NCBI GenBank assembly: GCA_965216465.1 | Contig: CBDCFW010000001.1 | Span: forward strand, 64,001-128,000 | DNA: 64,000 nt | Direction of reading: 5' to 3' | Source: Bacteroidia bacterium | Lineage (GTDB): Bacteria; Bacteroidota; Bacteroidia; NS11-12g; UBA9320 | Shown here: positions 49,227 to 62,300 of the stretch, one piece after another | How positions within the stretch are numbered: position 1 is the first letter of the stretch | Layout of the letters: the number at the start of each line of letters is the position of its first letter | Notes under the pieces: model-generated | The model's input: the letters and a program-made list of their open reading frames with translations, nothing else | The model's database searches: none | Told to the model about the DNA's origin: nothing | Program-made: the position numbers and the translations under genes

Positions 49227-51902
49227 ATGAGACTACTTTTTTCCTTTGTATTGGCACTTTCTATTGGGTTTTCGTATGCACAGTTCACCGCATTTCCCAA
49301 TGTGATTACTGACGACATGCCTAAATATGTCGCCCAAAACCCTAACCTGTTGCTTAAATCCGCTGCAAATCCAAAACAGTGCGATGAAGACACCATCGAA
49401 TACGCCCGATATAAAGCTTCGGCCTTTCAAGGTATTGCCGTATCTAACGGTTATGCTCTAGGCCAGTATTACGACGCTCCCGACTCCGTTGAAGTGGGAG
49501 GAGTAACTTTTTACGGTTGGACAGTCTCAAACGACGACGATTCCGTAACACTTACCATTAGTCTCTATAAAGCGGGTATTGATACGCTTCCCTCAGGAAC
49601 TCCACTTCGAACGGCAACTATTACAGTCGATACCGCATTTAATGGCGGTGTGCTTTCTACCTTGCGTAGAAGTGTTGTTTTTTCAACGCCATACAAAACT
49701 GCAGACCCGTTTATTGTAACTATAGAAACTTCTGATTCAATTCGAGTGGCCATTGTTGCGAACGGCTATGCTCAACGCGATGGCGAAGGTGAGAACATTG
49801 CTTGCGGCACTGTTGGAGGTACTTGGTACAGATGCTTAAACCTAAACATTGGCGGCACGACCCTTGATTGCGACATTTTATTGGAACCTCATGTAACATA
49901 CAATACCTACGCCGGATTCTCCGCTCCTACCTGCTTCGATTGGTCAGATACCGTATTCTACACGAACGAGAGTTCACCAATTTTAAGCCACCGTATGTAC
50001 AACCGCTACATTGCCTATAACCTCGGCCAATATTCGTATTACTGGTACTACGGATTAGGAGCTGGTGCAGAATATACAGAACAAGCTAAACGTAAGTTTC
50101 CTACCTATAACAATTATACAACACGCTTGGTAACCACAATGTACAGCTACCGGTCTTCTATCGGATGCCGAGACACAGCGTACCAAGATTTGTATTTTCA
50201 ACCTTCGGAGGTGGGAATTATTGCCGACACGCCAGTATGTAGTGGAAACAATGCAGTCATCAGCGGGCTCAGTACCGGACAAATTCAATGGTACAATAAC
50301 GCTTCTGACACCACTCCATTTAATACAGGAAAACAATACATCACTCCTGCTTTAGACTCAACTGAGAGTTACTACCTTCAAGCGGAAAATGTGAGTTGTA
50401 AATCGACTTTAAGAAAAATTACCATACCTGTGGCTGAAAGTCCAGATGCTCCAATAGCTGTTGGCGATTCAATATGTTTAAATTCTAAAGCAAATGTCAG
50501 AGCGACTGCAAATGTGGGCGAGATTACGTGGTGGGACAGTCCAACTGCTGGAGCACGATTAGGCGAAGGAGAAGTTTATGTATCTCCTTCATTGGTAACG
50601 TCAACAACATACTACGCAGAAGCAAATAACCAAGGCTGTCTGAGTAAAACTCGAACTCCTGCATATGTAGATGTAAAGGCAAGTAATGCCCCAGATGATC
50701 CTATCACGAATTTGGATAGTTTGGTTTGTCTACACGACGGATTAGCCAGTTTGCACGCTTCTTCTCCTTCAGGGGATTCTTTGTTTTGGTATGATATTCC
50801 ATCCGGAGGAAGTCCTATCGATACGGGAAATGCGTTTCAATACAGTCCACAAACCCTTGGGGCTGATTATATTTACGTAGAAGCTCATGACGGACAGTGT
50901 GCTAGCTCAAGAGTACAGAAAAAATTAATTGTTTGGACCTTCCCAAGTCCTACCATACCGAGTAGTGATACCCAATGCTTGGGCGATACCTTGCACTTGG
51001 ATTTCTCTTCAACCTTTGGCCAAACAAAGTGGTATGATCAAGCAACAGGAGGAAATGTAGTGTACGACAGCAATAAGTTTGCAGTTTACGGCTTATCTAC
51101 TTCAACCACATTTTATTTGGCTCCGTATAGTGCCGATTGTGTAGATACTATGCGCCATGTCTTGCCTATTGAAATTGTGCCGTTCGGTGAGCTGTCAGAG
51201 ATTACGGGTGATCAAATTTGTGCAAAAGAAACAGCCACACTATCTGCCAAAACTAATGCAGGAAGCATTCTTTGGGCTCACATTGATGCCCCATTAACAG
51301 TTTTAGGAACTGGTGAAACATTTACAACTGAAGAATTGACTCAAAATTCAGAATATCTAGTTCGAACTCAGAATTACAAATGTGTAAGCGAAAACGAGCT
51401 GGTTGAGGTTGAAGTAAAACCTCTACCAAGTGCTTCATTTAACTATCAGGTTAATAATCCAGGAGATTTTACCTTTTTAGCCTCAACTTCGGGATTAGAC
51501 TACCACTGGGATTTTGGGGATGGTAATACAGCTACTACCCGTCAAGCTAAACATGTATACGAACGAAATGGCGAGTTTACGGTCGTTTTAACCACCACCG
51601 GAAGTAACGGTTGTTCCAGTCAAAGCACACGTACCGTTAAAGTATCAGGACTCATTACCAATGTTTATGAGGTTGATGAATTGGCACTATGGATTTATCC
51701 TAACCCTGCCAAAGACCATTTAAATGTAGATGCAGCTCAGCCAAGTAAAGTGGAGGTCTTTAACATGTACGGTCAAAGTATGCTAAAAGCAGATATTCAC
51801 AGCGGCAACAATCTAATCCCTATAAATCTGGTTCCCGGAACTTATGTACTGCTTCTCACCAACGAGAAAACACGATTAAGTCGAAAGCTGATTATCGAAT
51901 AA
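49227..51902 (+). CDS. T9SS type A cargo with Ig-like repeats and PKD domain
   Basis: Signal peptide, repeated W(Y/W)D..TGG...G..Y.(T/S)P.L...TTYY units, YHWDFGDG PKD, IYPNPA...GTY C-terminal domain. Confidence 0.88.
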   Translation: MRLLFSFVLALSIGFSYAQFTAFPNVITDDMPKYVAQNPNLLLKSAANPKQCDEDTIEYARYKASAFQGIAVSNGYALGQYYDAPDSVEVGGVTFYGWTVSNDDDSVTLTISLYKAGIDTLPSGTPLRTATITVDTAFNGGVLSTLRRSVVFSTPYKTADPFIVTIETSDSIRVAIVANGYAQRDGEGENIACGTVGGTWYRCLNLNIGGTTLDCDILLEPHVTYNTYAGFSAPTCFDWSDTVFYTNESSPILSHRMYNRYIAYNLGQYSYYWYYGLGAGAEYTEQAKRKFPTYNNYTTRLVTTMYSYRSSIGCRDTAYQDLYFQPSEVGIIADTPVCSGNNAVISGLSTGQIQWYNNASDTTPFNTGKQYITPALDSTESYYLQAENVSCKSTLRKITIPVAESPDAPIAVGDSICLNSKANVRATANVGEITWWDSPTAGARLGEGEVYVSPSLVTSTTYYAEANNQGCLSKTRTPAYVDVKASNAPDDPITNLDSLVCLHDGLASLHASSPSGDSLFWYDIPSGGSPIDTGNAFQYSPQTLGADYIYVEAHDGQCASSRVQKKLIVWTFPSPTIPSSDTQCLGDTLHLDFSSTFGQTKWYDQATGGNVVYDSNKFAVYGLSTSTTFYLAPYSADCVDTMRHVLPIEIVPFGELSEITGDQICAKETATLSAKTNAGSILWAHIDAPLTVLGTGETFTTEELTQNSEYLVRTQNYKCVSENELVEVEVKPLPSASFNYQVNNPGDFTFLASTSGLDYHWDFGDGNTATTRQAKHVYERNGEFTVVLTTTGSNGCSSQSTRTVKVSGLITNVYEVDELALWIYPNPAKDHLNVDAAQPSKVEVFNMYGQSMLKADIHSGNNLIPINLVPGTYVLLLTNEKTRLSRKLIIE

Positions 51903-51922
51903 TAGATTAAAAAAAGACATAA

Positions 51923-51948
51923 AAAAAGAGGCCTTTCGGCCTCTTTTT
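51923..51948. terminator. Bidirectional terminator between convergent genes
   Basis: AAAAAGAGGCC-TTTC-GGCCTCTTTTT. Confidence 0.9.
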
Positions 51949-51967
51949 AATTTTATTATAAAACGAC

Positions 51968-52513
51968 TTACTCGTTTAATTTTCGTTTAACTTCGAACTT
52001 ACCGTTTCTTACCTGGTAGCTATTAACTCCCTTTAAAACAGTTCCTGTAAAAGTTCCTTTAATTACACCAGTACCTTCATCTCCGTACTCCGTAACTGTG
52101 ATTGAAATAGAACCGTTATCCGCTGAAAACTCTTCTCTTCTAATGTCACCAATTGTACCAGTTCCACAAGCGAAAGTAGCTGTACCACCGTTTTGGTTAG
52201 TGAACGTTCCAGCCATGTTACCATCAAACTCAAATTCGAAATCGGCATCACCGTTTGAACCGTCGTTTCCAGAAACATAAACATATGTTCTGTCAGCAGC
52301 ACTGTTGTACACACCGTAAGTTAAATCTTCTTCAATATTCAATCTGTACGTATCGAATCCAATTTTAAACTCGTTAACAATTTCTTCTACTGGAGTGGTA
52401 TCACCAGGAAGTGTGTCTTGTGGCTCAGGCGTCGTAGTTGTTTGACATCCTGTGTTATTAAAACCAAGAATAACAGCAGCCAATGCAAGGGTTAAGAAAG
52501 ATAATTTTTTCAT
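51968..52513 (-). CDS. Hypothetical lipoprotein
   Basis: NTGC-Q lipobox, Thr/Pro linker, GSISITVTEY...IKGTFTG...NGKF. Confidence 0.7.
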   Translation of the reverse strand: MKKLSFLTLALAAVILGFNNTGCQTTTTPEPQDTLPGDTTPVEEIVNEFKIGFDTYRLNIEEDLTYGVYNSAADRTYVYVSGNDGSNGDADFEFEFDGNMAGTFTNQNGGTATFACGTGTIGDIRREEFSADNGSISITVTEYGDEGTGVIKGTFTGTVLKGVNSYQVRNGKFEVKRKLNE

Positions 52514-52593
52514 TTTTTTCTAGTTGAGCACAAAAATAATAGACCATTTAACATAATCTTCACTTTGTCAAAATATTAGAATAATTATGATAT

Positions 52594-53283
52594 TCAAATA
52601 ACAGAACCGGGTGAAATATGACGCTCTTCTTCCCTACTGAGAAGCTTCGCATCTTCTTTCCCGTGATACATCAAATCGTTCCCATTCTGTTCTAAGTAAC
52701 TCGCTTCCGGAAGGCAAACAACTTGCATTTTTGGATTAATTGAAATGTATTCGGTTAAACGCTGCAAGCGACTTTCTCCACCATGATTTGGAATGGTTGC
52801 TTCGGTATAGTGCGGATTGATTTGAGGTTCAATCAACGCCAATGCATTAAACGACTGAGGCTCTGTAATTGGCATATCGTTCGTCGTGCAAATAGTAGGA
52901 CTTGCAACATTTGAGCCTGCACTCCAACCGACATAAGGCGTTCCACTTGCAACTTTAGCTCTAATGGCTTCAATTAGACCATTATCCTGCATTTGTCTCA
53001 ATAAATGAAACGTATTTCCTCCTCCAACGAAAATTGCACTTGCATTTTCTATAGCAGAAACAGCATTGTCAAAATCATTGATGTTTGATACTTTGACGCC
53101 CAAATCTCCCAAAGCGTTATTTACCGTATTGGTATACTCTTGCGTAGAAAATGAAGCCGCCGCGTAAGGAATGAAGACAATATTTTCGTTATGGTCTTGA
53201 ACAAAAGAAGCAATCTTCTCTTTGCACCAGTCCATATAAGACTCGCCAAAATTAGTTGAGTTGCTGAGTAATAGAAGCTTCAT
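52594..53283 (-). CDS. pepE: Dipeptidase E (peptidase S51)
   Basis: LLLSNST, FIPYA, GGGNTF, GWSAGSN, TTNDMP, INPHY, HGGE. Confidence 0.93.
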   Translation of the reverse strand: MKLLLLSNSTNFGESYMDWCKEKIASFVQDHNENIVFIPYAAASFSTQEYTNTVNNALGDLGVKVSNINDFDNAVSAIENASAIFVGGGNTFHLLRQMQDNGLIEAIRAKVASGTPYVGWSAGSNVASPTICTTNDMPITEPQSFNALALIEPQINPHYTEATIPNHGGESRLQRLTEYISINPKMQVVCLPEASYLEQNGNDLMYHGKEDAKLLSREEERHISPGSVI

Positions 53284-53285
53284 GA

Positions 53286-53972
53286 TCAAGGTGACCAGAA
53301 ATCTACTACTTCCATATCAAAGCTCAAGGCATCGTTAGGAGCAATACCGCTTCCACGTGGTGGCATCAGGCCGTACGCCATGTCTGGAGCAAGGTAAACT
53401 GTCCATTTTGCACCTTTATTCATTTGCTTAAGTGCAGCTGTCCAACCTGGAATAACGCCATCTACTGTAAATGTAACGGGGTCTCTTCCTTCTGTTGATT
53501 GGAATACCTCGCCCTTTGATAATCTTCCGGTGTAGTGAGCTAAAACAGAGTCTCCGCTTACTGGACTAGGACCTTCTCCTTCAGTAATTACTTTGTAGTA
53601 AACACCCTCAACCAACATTTTAACTCCTTCTTCTCCTTTAATAGACTCGATCCAAGCTAAGCTTTCAGCAAGTTTGTCACTTTCTTCTTTATTACGAAGT
53701 GCAGTAAAGTATTTCTCTAGACATGCATTTGCTTCAGCTTCGTCAATTTCTTTTTCTTCACCAGCTATCGCACGATTAACACCTGCAACGAATTGAGCCA
53801 TGCTCACATCTGTGAACTTACCGTTCTTCATGTCCGCTCCAATGTTGTATCCGATTAAGTAGCTAACAGAATCAATTTCAGATTCCATAACCGGAAAGTC
53901 TTTAGTTTCATAGTTTGCACTATTACATGCAGCCAGTGTTACAGCTGCTAAAATGATTAATATATTTTTCAT
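53286..53972 (-). CDS. FKBP-type peptidyl-prolyl isomerase (lipoprotein)
   Basis: DSVSYLIG, YKVITEGEG, HYTG, VIPGWT, AYG. Confidence 0.92.
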   Translation of the reverse strand: MKNILIILAAVTLAACNSANYETKDFPVMESEIDSVSYLIGYNIGADMKNGKFTDVSMAQFVAGVNRAIAGEEKEIDEAEANACLEKYFTALRNKEESDKLAESLAWIESIKGEEGVKMLVEGVYYKVITEGEGPSPVSGDSVLAHYTGRLSKGEVFQSTEGRDPVTFTVDGVIPGWTAALKQMNKGAKWTVYLAPDMAYGLMPPRGSGIAPNDALSFDMEVVDFWSP

Positions 53973-53976
53973 GTTT

Positions 53977-55653
<1,677 letters not shown>

Positions 55654-55710
55654 CTATTATTGAATAGATTTTTAGCTAAAAACCAAAACTTAACCAACCA
55701 ACTTAAATCT

Positions 55711-56562
55711 ATGGACAAGTATTCCATCTATATCCTAGCCGCATCGCTGGCAATTACCATGTGGGGAATGGGGCTCACACTTACAACTAAAGACTTTAAA
55801 CGCGTGTTAGAGAGTCCTAAGGCAGTTCTTCTTGGTCTGATAAACCAATTAATACTCCTCCCGCTAATAGGATTTGGACTACTTAAGCTAATCCCTTCAA
55901 GTCCAGAAGTTGCTGTTGGAATCATGATATTAGCAGCCAGTCCGGGTGGTCCTACCTCCAACTTATTGTCGATGCTGGCAAAGGCTGACACCGCGTTATC
56001 GGTTACCATGACAGCGATAAACAGTGTTATAACTGTATTTACTATCCCATTTATTGTTAACTTTGGGTTGGAAACGTTTGCAGGTGAAGGTCAAAAAGTT
56101 CAACTTGATATACTCAAGACCATAGGCGAAATGGTGGCAATAGTAATCTTACCCATGGTAATTGGAATGTACATAAAAGCAAGAAGTCACAGTTTTGCAG
56201 ATCGTATGGCCAAGCCAGTTCGAATTGCCTCTGTTGCCTTACTGGCTCTGATTATCATTGGTATTGTAATTAAAGAACGTGAAAACATTGTAAGTTACTT
56301 TGCTAACGCAGGACTCGTTGCATTGCTTTTAAATGTAAGTACGATGCTGGTGGGCTTCATTACCGCTCGTATCGCTCGTTTAGGAAGAAATCAAGCCATG
56401 ACAATATCACTAGAATCAGGTGTTCAGAATGGAACCATGGCATTAACAGTAGCTGGAATGCTGCCGGTATTGGCCTACACCATAGCTCCAGCGGTGTACA
56501 GCTTGATTATGTATTTCACGAGTGGATTGGTAATTAGCCTCTTCTTAAAGAAGAAAATCTAA
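55711..56562 (+). CDS. Bile acid:sodium symporter family protein
   Basis: MWGMGLTL, PGGPTSN, ESGVQNG; start ATG 55711. Confidence 0.9.
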   Translation: MDKYSIYILAASLAITMWGMGLTLTTKDFKRVLESPKAVLLGLINQLILLPLIGFGLLKLIPSSPEVAVGIMILAASPGGPTSNLLSMLAKADTALSVTMTAINSVITVFTIPFIVNFGLETFAGEGQKVQLDILKTIGEMVAIVILPMVIGMYIKARSHSFADRMAKPVRIASVALLALIIIGIVIKERENIVSYFANAGLVALLLNVSTMLVGFITARIARLGRNQAMTISLESGVQNGTMALTVAGMLPVLAYTIAPAVYSLIMYFTSGLVISLFLKKKI

Positions 56563-56579
56563 TCCCTTATCTTTGTTAG

Positions 56580-57272
56580 ATGAGGTCTCTAGTTCTTATA
56601 CTTAGTTTAAGTTTAATTTTTCAAGCTTATTCCAATAGGCCTCACACTCACACTCATGCTCACACTCAAACTGCCTCATGTCCGGTTCGTCCAGACTTTA
56701 AAAAGGCGTGGACATTAAGTACAGGAGGATATTACCTAGCAACCCAAGGATCTGGCACTGTAGGGCTCAATTTTGAAGCCACAAAAGCATTTAATCGTGT
56801 TATAGTTGGAGTTGGACATAATCGTATGAATCATCTTTATTCTCAGCAGGAATTTAGAGCAGGTAATGATATAGGTACAGGATCGACTATTTACATCAGT
56901 GCATCTCATGTTCCATTTCAAAACTTACGTACGAAAGTTTTTCAGAAAGTCTCATTAGGAGTGGCGACTAATTACAATTACCAACCTTTCACACCAAATG
57001 CGGATTACGTTTTCGAAAGTAGTCTATCAGGTAGCTGGGATTTGTGCGTACAGCACCTTCCGCGAAAGAGAGGATTTTATCGACCGAGTATTGGAGCAAG
57101 TATAGGTGTATATTCTAACCTTCAACATCTAGGCTATGATGAAGCGGTCAAGCGGGAAGTTATGCCATTACCTGGACCAGATCATACCAACAATCAATTC
57201 ATTGGATTTAGAGCTGAAATCACCCTAGGTTTTGTGATAATGGGAAAACAAGGCCGCGGGGTTGTTTTTTAA
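56580..57272 (+). CDS. Putative outer-membrane beta-barrel with N-terminal His-Thr repeat (paralog 1)
   Basis: Signal peptide, HTHTHAHTQ, beta strands, terminal Phe. Confidence 0.7.
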   Translation: MRSLVLILSLSLIFQAYSNRPHTHTHAHTQTASCPVRPDFKKAWTLSTGGYYLATQGSGTVGLNFEATKAFNRVIVGVGHNRMNHLYSQQEFRAGNDIGTGSTIYISASHVPFQNLRTKVFQKVSLGVATNYNYQPFTPNADYVFESSLSGSWDLCVQHLPRKRGFYRPSIGASIGVYSNLQHLGYDEAVKREVMPLPGPDHTNNQFIGFRAEITLGFVIMGKQGRGVVF

Positions 57273-57290
57273 TCCCTTTATCTTTGTTAT

Positions 57291-57995
57291 ATGAGGTCTC
57301 TAATTCTAACACTTTGTTTAAGTTTTGTTTGTTTGGCATTTGCCAATCACACTCACACCCCAACTCAAACTCACACTCACACTCAATCTCAAACTGCTCC
57401 ATGTACGGTTCGTCCAGACTTTAAGAAGGCGTGGACGTTAAGCAGTGGAGGATATGTTCTAGCCGCTCATAGTTCTAATGCTTTAGGGTTAAATTTTGAA
57501 GCCACAAAAGCCTTTAATCGCATAGTTATCGGAGTTGGGTATAACAAAACACAACTCATGTATAACCCAAAACCTAACGCATTTATTGGCACTGGGTCAA
57601 GAATGTATATTAGTACAGCTCACGTTCCCTTCCAGAACACACGTATCAAAGTTTTTCACAAGGCGTCATTAGGAATTGCTCAAAACCAGAACTACCAACA
57701 CTTGAGTTATCAGGAAATAAACTATCGCTACGAAAAGAGTCTCAATGGTAGCTGGGATTTGGGTGTGCAACACCTTCTAACCAAAAGAGGATTCTATCGC
57801 CCTAGCATTGGAGCGAGTGTTGGTGTTTATTCAAACTTGAAACATTTGGGTTACAAAGAGTCGTTTGAGATTTATGACTGTGGTACAACCCTTAAATTTA
57901 TGCCAGAAACCAACAATCAATTTGTTGGATTTAGAGCAGAAATCACCTTAGGTTTTGTGATCATGAGCAAATTTGTGCCTGGGCTTAATTTTTAG
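57291..57995 (+). CDS. Putative outer-membrane beta-barrel with N-terminal His-Thr repeat (paralog 2)
   Basis: Tandem paralog sharing VRPDFKKAWTLS, GLNFEATKAFNR, RGFYRPSIGAS, GFRAEITLGFVIM. Confidence 0.7.
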   Translation: MRSLILTLCLSFVCLAFANHTHTPTQTHTHTQSQTAPCTVRPDFKKAWTLSSGGYVLAAHSSNALGLNFEATKAFNRIVIGVGYNKTQLMYNPKPNAFIGTGSRMYISTAHVPFQNTRIKVFHKASLGIAQNQNYQHLSYQEINYRYEKSLNGSWDLGVQHLLTKRGFYRPSIGASVGVYSNLKHLGYKESFEIYDCGTTLKFMPETNNQFVGFRAEITLGFVIMSKFVPGLNF

Positions 57996-59172
57996 CCGTT
58001 ACAGCTTCAAAGTAATTTTCTAGGCTTTGAGCTATTATATCCCAGCTGAAACGTGTACGGGCAACTTCTAAGCCCTTCTCTCCTACCGTTTTACGTTTAT
58101 TTTCGTCTGCTAACAAGGCACTTACCTCTTCAATAAACCGGTCCTTCTCTTTGGCTAAAATAACACCTTGGCCGCTTTCAATTTGAAGTCCCTCGAAACC
58201 TATATGTGTGCACACCGTCGGAACTCCCATGGCCATGGCCTCCAATACTTTATTCTGCGTACCGGCTCCAAATCGCAATGGTGCTATTACCACACTGGCT
58301 TCGGCATACATATCCTTCAAATCAGGAACAAAACCAGTTACTGAAATTCCATTTCCAGCTAATTTTTTAACGGCCTCAACCGGTCGTTGGCCTGCAATAA
58401 CAAATAGAACGTTTGGGAATTGTTCTGCTATCTGAGGCCACATTTCCTTGGCAAAATATTGAACCGCATCAACATTTGGAGCATAGTCCATGTTTCCAGT
58501 AAATAAGATGGTGTTGGAGTGGGTGTAATCATGGCCTGAACCCACATCAAATGTGTCTAAATCAACCCCATTTAAAAGCAGGGAAAGATTCTCTGTTTTG
58601 TGCAATTTTTCGAGGTATGATTTATCCTCAGCTGAGCATACCAAAGTCTTATCAAACTTGGTAATAACTTGTTCTGCCTTTACCAGTCTACCAATCTCTA
58701 TTTTGTCAATTAAACGATTAATAAGTGGTCGTTCGGTTTCATTTCTTCTTTTGAAATAAAGAGAAAAGGCATCAGGAAGATCCAATATTTTTGGAATTTG
58801 GAGGTGCTTAGTATATTGACTCATCCGCAAATGTTGCGTGTGAATTACATCAATATTGTATTGCTCAATGGCAAACTTGACCATGCGCTTCATCTTCACA
58901 CTTTTGAAGTAGGCAACTTGTAAAGGAGTAGATGATAAAAGTGCTGGAATTCCATTCAACACCGATCTCCATTTAGGTAAGTAGACTAACTCAATTTCTT
59001 TAAAGAACGGTTGAAGTTCTTTGAGATACTGCAACTCACTTCTCGACTCATAAAAAGTGACGAGATACAAGTTGTGCTTTTTAGCTAGTCTTCTGGTAAG
59101 ATTATATATTTTTAGCTTATCTCCCCTGAATGGAGGATACGGAAATCGATTGGCTAAAAATAAAATGTTCAA
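57985..59172 (-). CDS. GT4 glycosyltransferase
   Basis: RFPYPP.RGDK, NGVD, FTGNMDY.PN.DA, PLRFGAGTQNKVLEAMA. Confidence 0.9.
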   Translation of the reverse strand: MNILFLANRFPYPPFRGDKLKIYNLTRRLAKKHNLYLVTFYESRSELQYLKELQPFFKEIELVYLPKWRSVLNGIPALLSSTPLQVAYFKSVKMKRMVKFAIEQYNIDVIHTQHLRMSQYTKHLQIPKILDLPDAFSLYFKRRNETERPLINRLIDKIEIGRLVKAEQVITKFDKTLVCSAEDKSYLEKLHKTENLSLLLNGVDLDTFDVGSGHDYTHSNTILFTGNMDYAPNVDAVQYFAKEMWPQIAEQFPNVLFVIAGQRPVEAVKKLAGNGISVTGFVPDLKDMYAEASVVIAPLRFGAGTQNKVLEAMAMGVPTVCTHIGFEGLQIESGQGVILAKEKDRFIEEVSALLADENKRKTVGEKGLEVARTRFSWDIIAQSLENYFEAVTAKN

Positions 59173-59336
59173 GTGTGCAAATTAAAGCCTGAAATACTTT
59201 TTAGCCAACAAGATTGCTTTGAAGAATGATTCCCTTGATTTTTTAACTCGCCGCTTGTCAAAAAATGACAATCTTAAACGTGATTTTGGATTCAATTTCA
59301 AAGGTTATTAGAAAGAAAACTCTAATTTCGAGCCCT

Positions 59337-62300
59337 ATGTCAAAATTGAAGCATTTATTGATTGTTTTGCTGGCTGGATTTAGCTTAAATCTACAAGCTC
59401 AAGACACCGTGGTTGTTAATACTTTAAACTACGGAAGCACAACTAGAGATACGATAATTGAATTCCCTTCGGGCAATGATACTTACGAAAAAATCATCAT
59501 GCTCTACAATATGCGTTGTAAAGACAATTTGGTTTCTGATGGAAACAACAGAAACAGAGGTTGTGGAGAGTGGGACTATAGTTGTAACACATATATAACC
59601 GACTCTGCCAAGATCGACTCCTTAAAAGCGACCACCGCAGATTATCAGATATCACAGTTTAGTGGGTCAACTTTTACATACAGCAACACGCCATCGTATA
59701 ATATTCATCGAAAAATGAATGTTACGACCACTGTAGATTCTTCTAAGAATGCTGCAGTTTCTGGTGTTGGAACCTTTGCTGGAAGTTATTTAGAAATATT
59801 AAGCCTAAATTCTGACCTTTCTGTCGGTAAAAGTCAATTCTTATATTCTGCATATGAATTGAAACAAGCAGGACTGACTGCCGGAAACATTAATTCGCTC
59901 TACATGCAAAGCTTTGTAGGAGGTTATGATATTGGACATGTATCGATCAAACTTAAAACGACTACTGCTGATTCTCTTGGATTAGGTGAACTTGAGTTTA
60001 CTGGGTTTCAAGAAGTGTTTAGCCAAAATGTGTGGTTAAATATAGATACCAACAAATTTGATTTCTATCAACCATTTATGTGGGACGGAACGTCAAACTT
60101 AATAGTAGAAATCAGCTACCAAGGTGTTTATAAAGGCCTTGCACCAGTTTTATTCCGATCTGACTATCAAGATACCGTTAAAACGGTACAAACCTTATCG
60201 GGTAGATCAATTGTAATGGATGGTTCTACTTATGTTTCTGTGAATGGTTATAAAGGAATCTCAGGCAATGCAAGTAGAAGTATCGATGCTTGGATTAAAA
60301 CCAGCTCGGTAAATGGAGAAATTTGCAGCTGGGGTAAAAACTCTGCAGGTCAAAAATGGGTATTTAGAGTTAACGATAATGGAACAATTCGCGTCGAAGT
60401 AAACGGCGGTAACATTTATGGAACAACCAACGTTGCTGACGGAAAATGGCACCACGTAGCATGTGTATTTGACGGAACCCATGTAAATGACATCAAACTT
60501 TTTGTTGATGGCGATGAAGAAAGCATTGGTGCAACAGCTAATCATGTTGTCAATACCGTAGACGAAATTGACGTACGTCTAAGCCGAGGAGTAAATAATA
60601 GGTACTTTAACGGTAACATGGATGAAGTTCGTTTGTGGAGTAGAGCACTAACCAATGCAGAAATTAAAAAACTAAGTCAAGGAAATACTTTAGATAACGA
60701 CGATATTGAGTTTCATTACCACTTCGAAGAAATTGAGAACACCAATACGGTTAATAGCTTTTTTGTTAATCGCCCTGCAACTATAATTGGAAATGCTAAA
60801 CTCGAACAACAACGTTTTTATGCGTTGAATCACGATTTTAGCGAACAAGTACTAAGACCTGTGGTAAGCTTCGTATCTGGAGACTTCTTTATTACAAACG
60901 ACACCACTTACTCTTTTGATAGTATCGTTCAACCACCGAACAGTGTGGTAAAGTTTGAAGTTGAATCACAAGCAAATACCATCTACAGTGACAATATTGT
61001 TCCTTTGGATACACAATATGTTTGGAACAGCAGCAACATGACTACTTTCTTTGATGAATCAGGAAATCAATATGATCAAGTTGGTCTTGGTAATGACGGT
61101 TCTATTGACATTGCATCATTGACTTACATGAGAAGATGGCCATCTACCTTCGAGATTATGTCATTCGTAACTCCTTATGGTATTGGGCTAAATTTGGGTA
61201 TTGACGGTAAGACTTGGACCTTTGACGTAAGCGATTTTGCTCCTCTGTTGAAAGGAAAGAAACGCATGTACTTAAGTCGTGGCGGTCAATGGCAAGAAGA
61301 AATGGATATCAAATTCCTTTTCATTAAAGGAACTCCAACGCGTGAAGTACTTGACATTCGTCAAATTTGGCCAACAGCTCAAGTAACAGCAAACTATACC
61401 CAGCTAATTAGTAACGATGTTTATTTCCCGCCTGTATCTTACCCTACTCTTGCCAATGGAAAAGGATTTAAAGTTCGTTCAGCTATTACGGGTCATGGCC
61501 AGGAAGGTGAATTTATCCCGCGTAATCACTTCATTACGGTATCCGACACCACCTATAATAGAACGGTTTGGAAAGACTGTGGTGAGAACCCTATTTACCC
61601 TCAGGGTGGTACTTGGATTTACGATCGAGCTGGATGGTGCCCAGGTATGGCTACCGACGTGGCAGAATACGATATAACGAAACGTGTTACTCCAGGCGAG
61701 GGAATAGACCTTGACTATGGTGTAACTGATGGTTCAGGTAATTCAAGATACATTGTTAACAATCAAATTGTGACCTATGGAGATTACAACTTTGAAGTAG
61801 ATGCAGATTTAGTTGACATCATGGAGCCTTCGAACAAGGTAGAATATGCTCGTCTTAACCCTATGTGCATCAATCCTAAAGCACATGTAAGAAACAATGG
61901 TTCTGCTTTAATGACAAGCATAACTATCGACTATTGGGTAAATGATAAGAGCAACAAAAGAACGTTCACATGGCCTTGTCACTTAAGACCGGGTGAAATT
62001 GAAACTGTATACTTCCCAATCGACAATTCAGTATGGTCTACAGCGGTTCAAGACAACAGTGTATTCTCTGCTGAAATAACTGCCGTTAATGGAGGTGCAG
62101 ATGAATATGCTCAAAATAACGTTTATCACAGTCCTTTTGAGTTCCCAGACGTTTATCCAGGAAACATTTACTTGTTCTACAGAACGAATAATGCGGCTCA
62201 CGAAACGAGCTTAAAGTTAGTTGATGAGTGGGGCAAAACTGTTTTTGAAAGAACAAATCATGCCAACTCAACTTTATACAGAGACACTTTAAGTCTAGGA

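Noticed and set aside
57220-57402. Minus-strand ORF with ECECE repeats resembling a metallothionein
   Set aside because: Antisense reading of the His-Thr hexamer tract of the plus-strand gene
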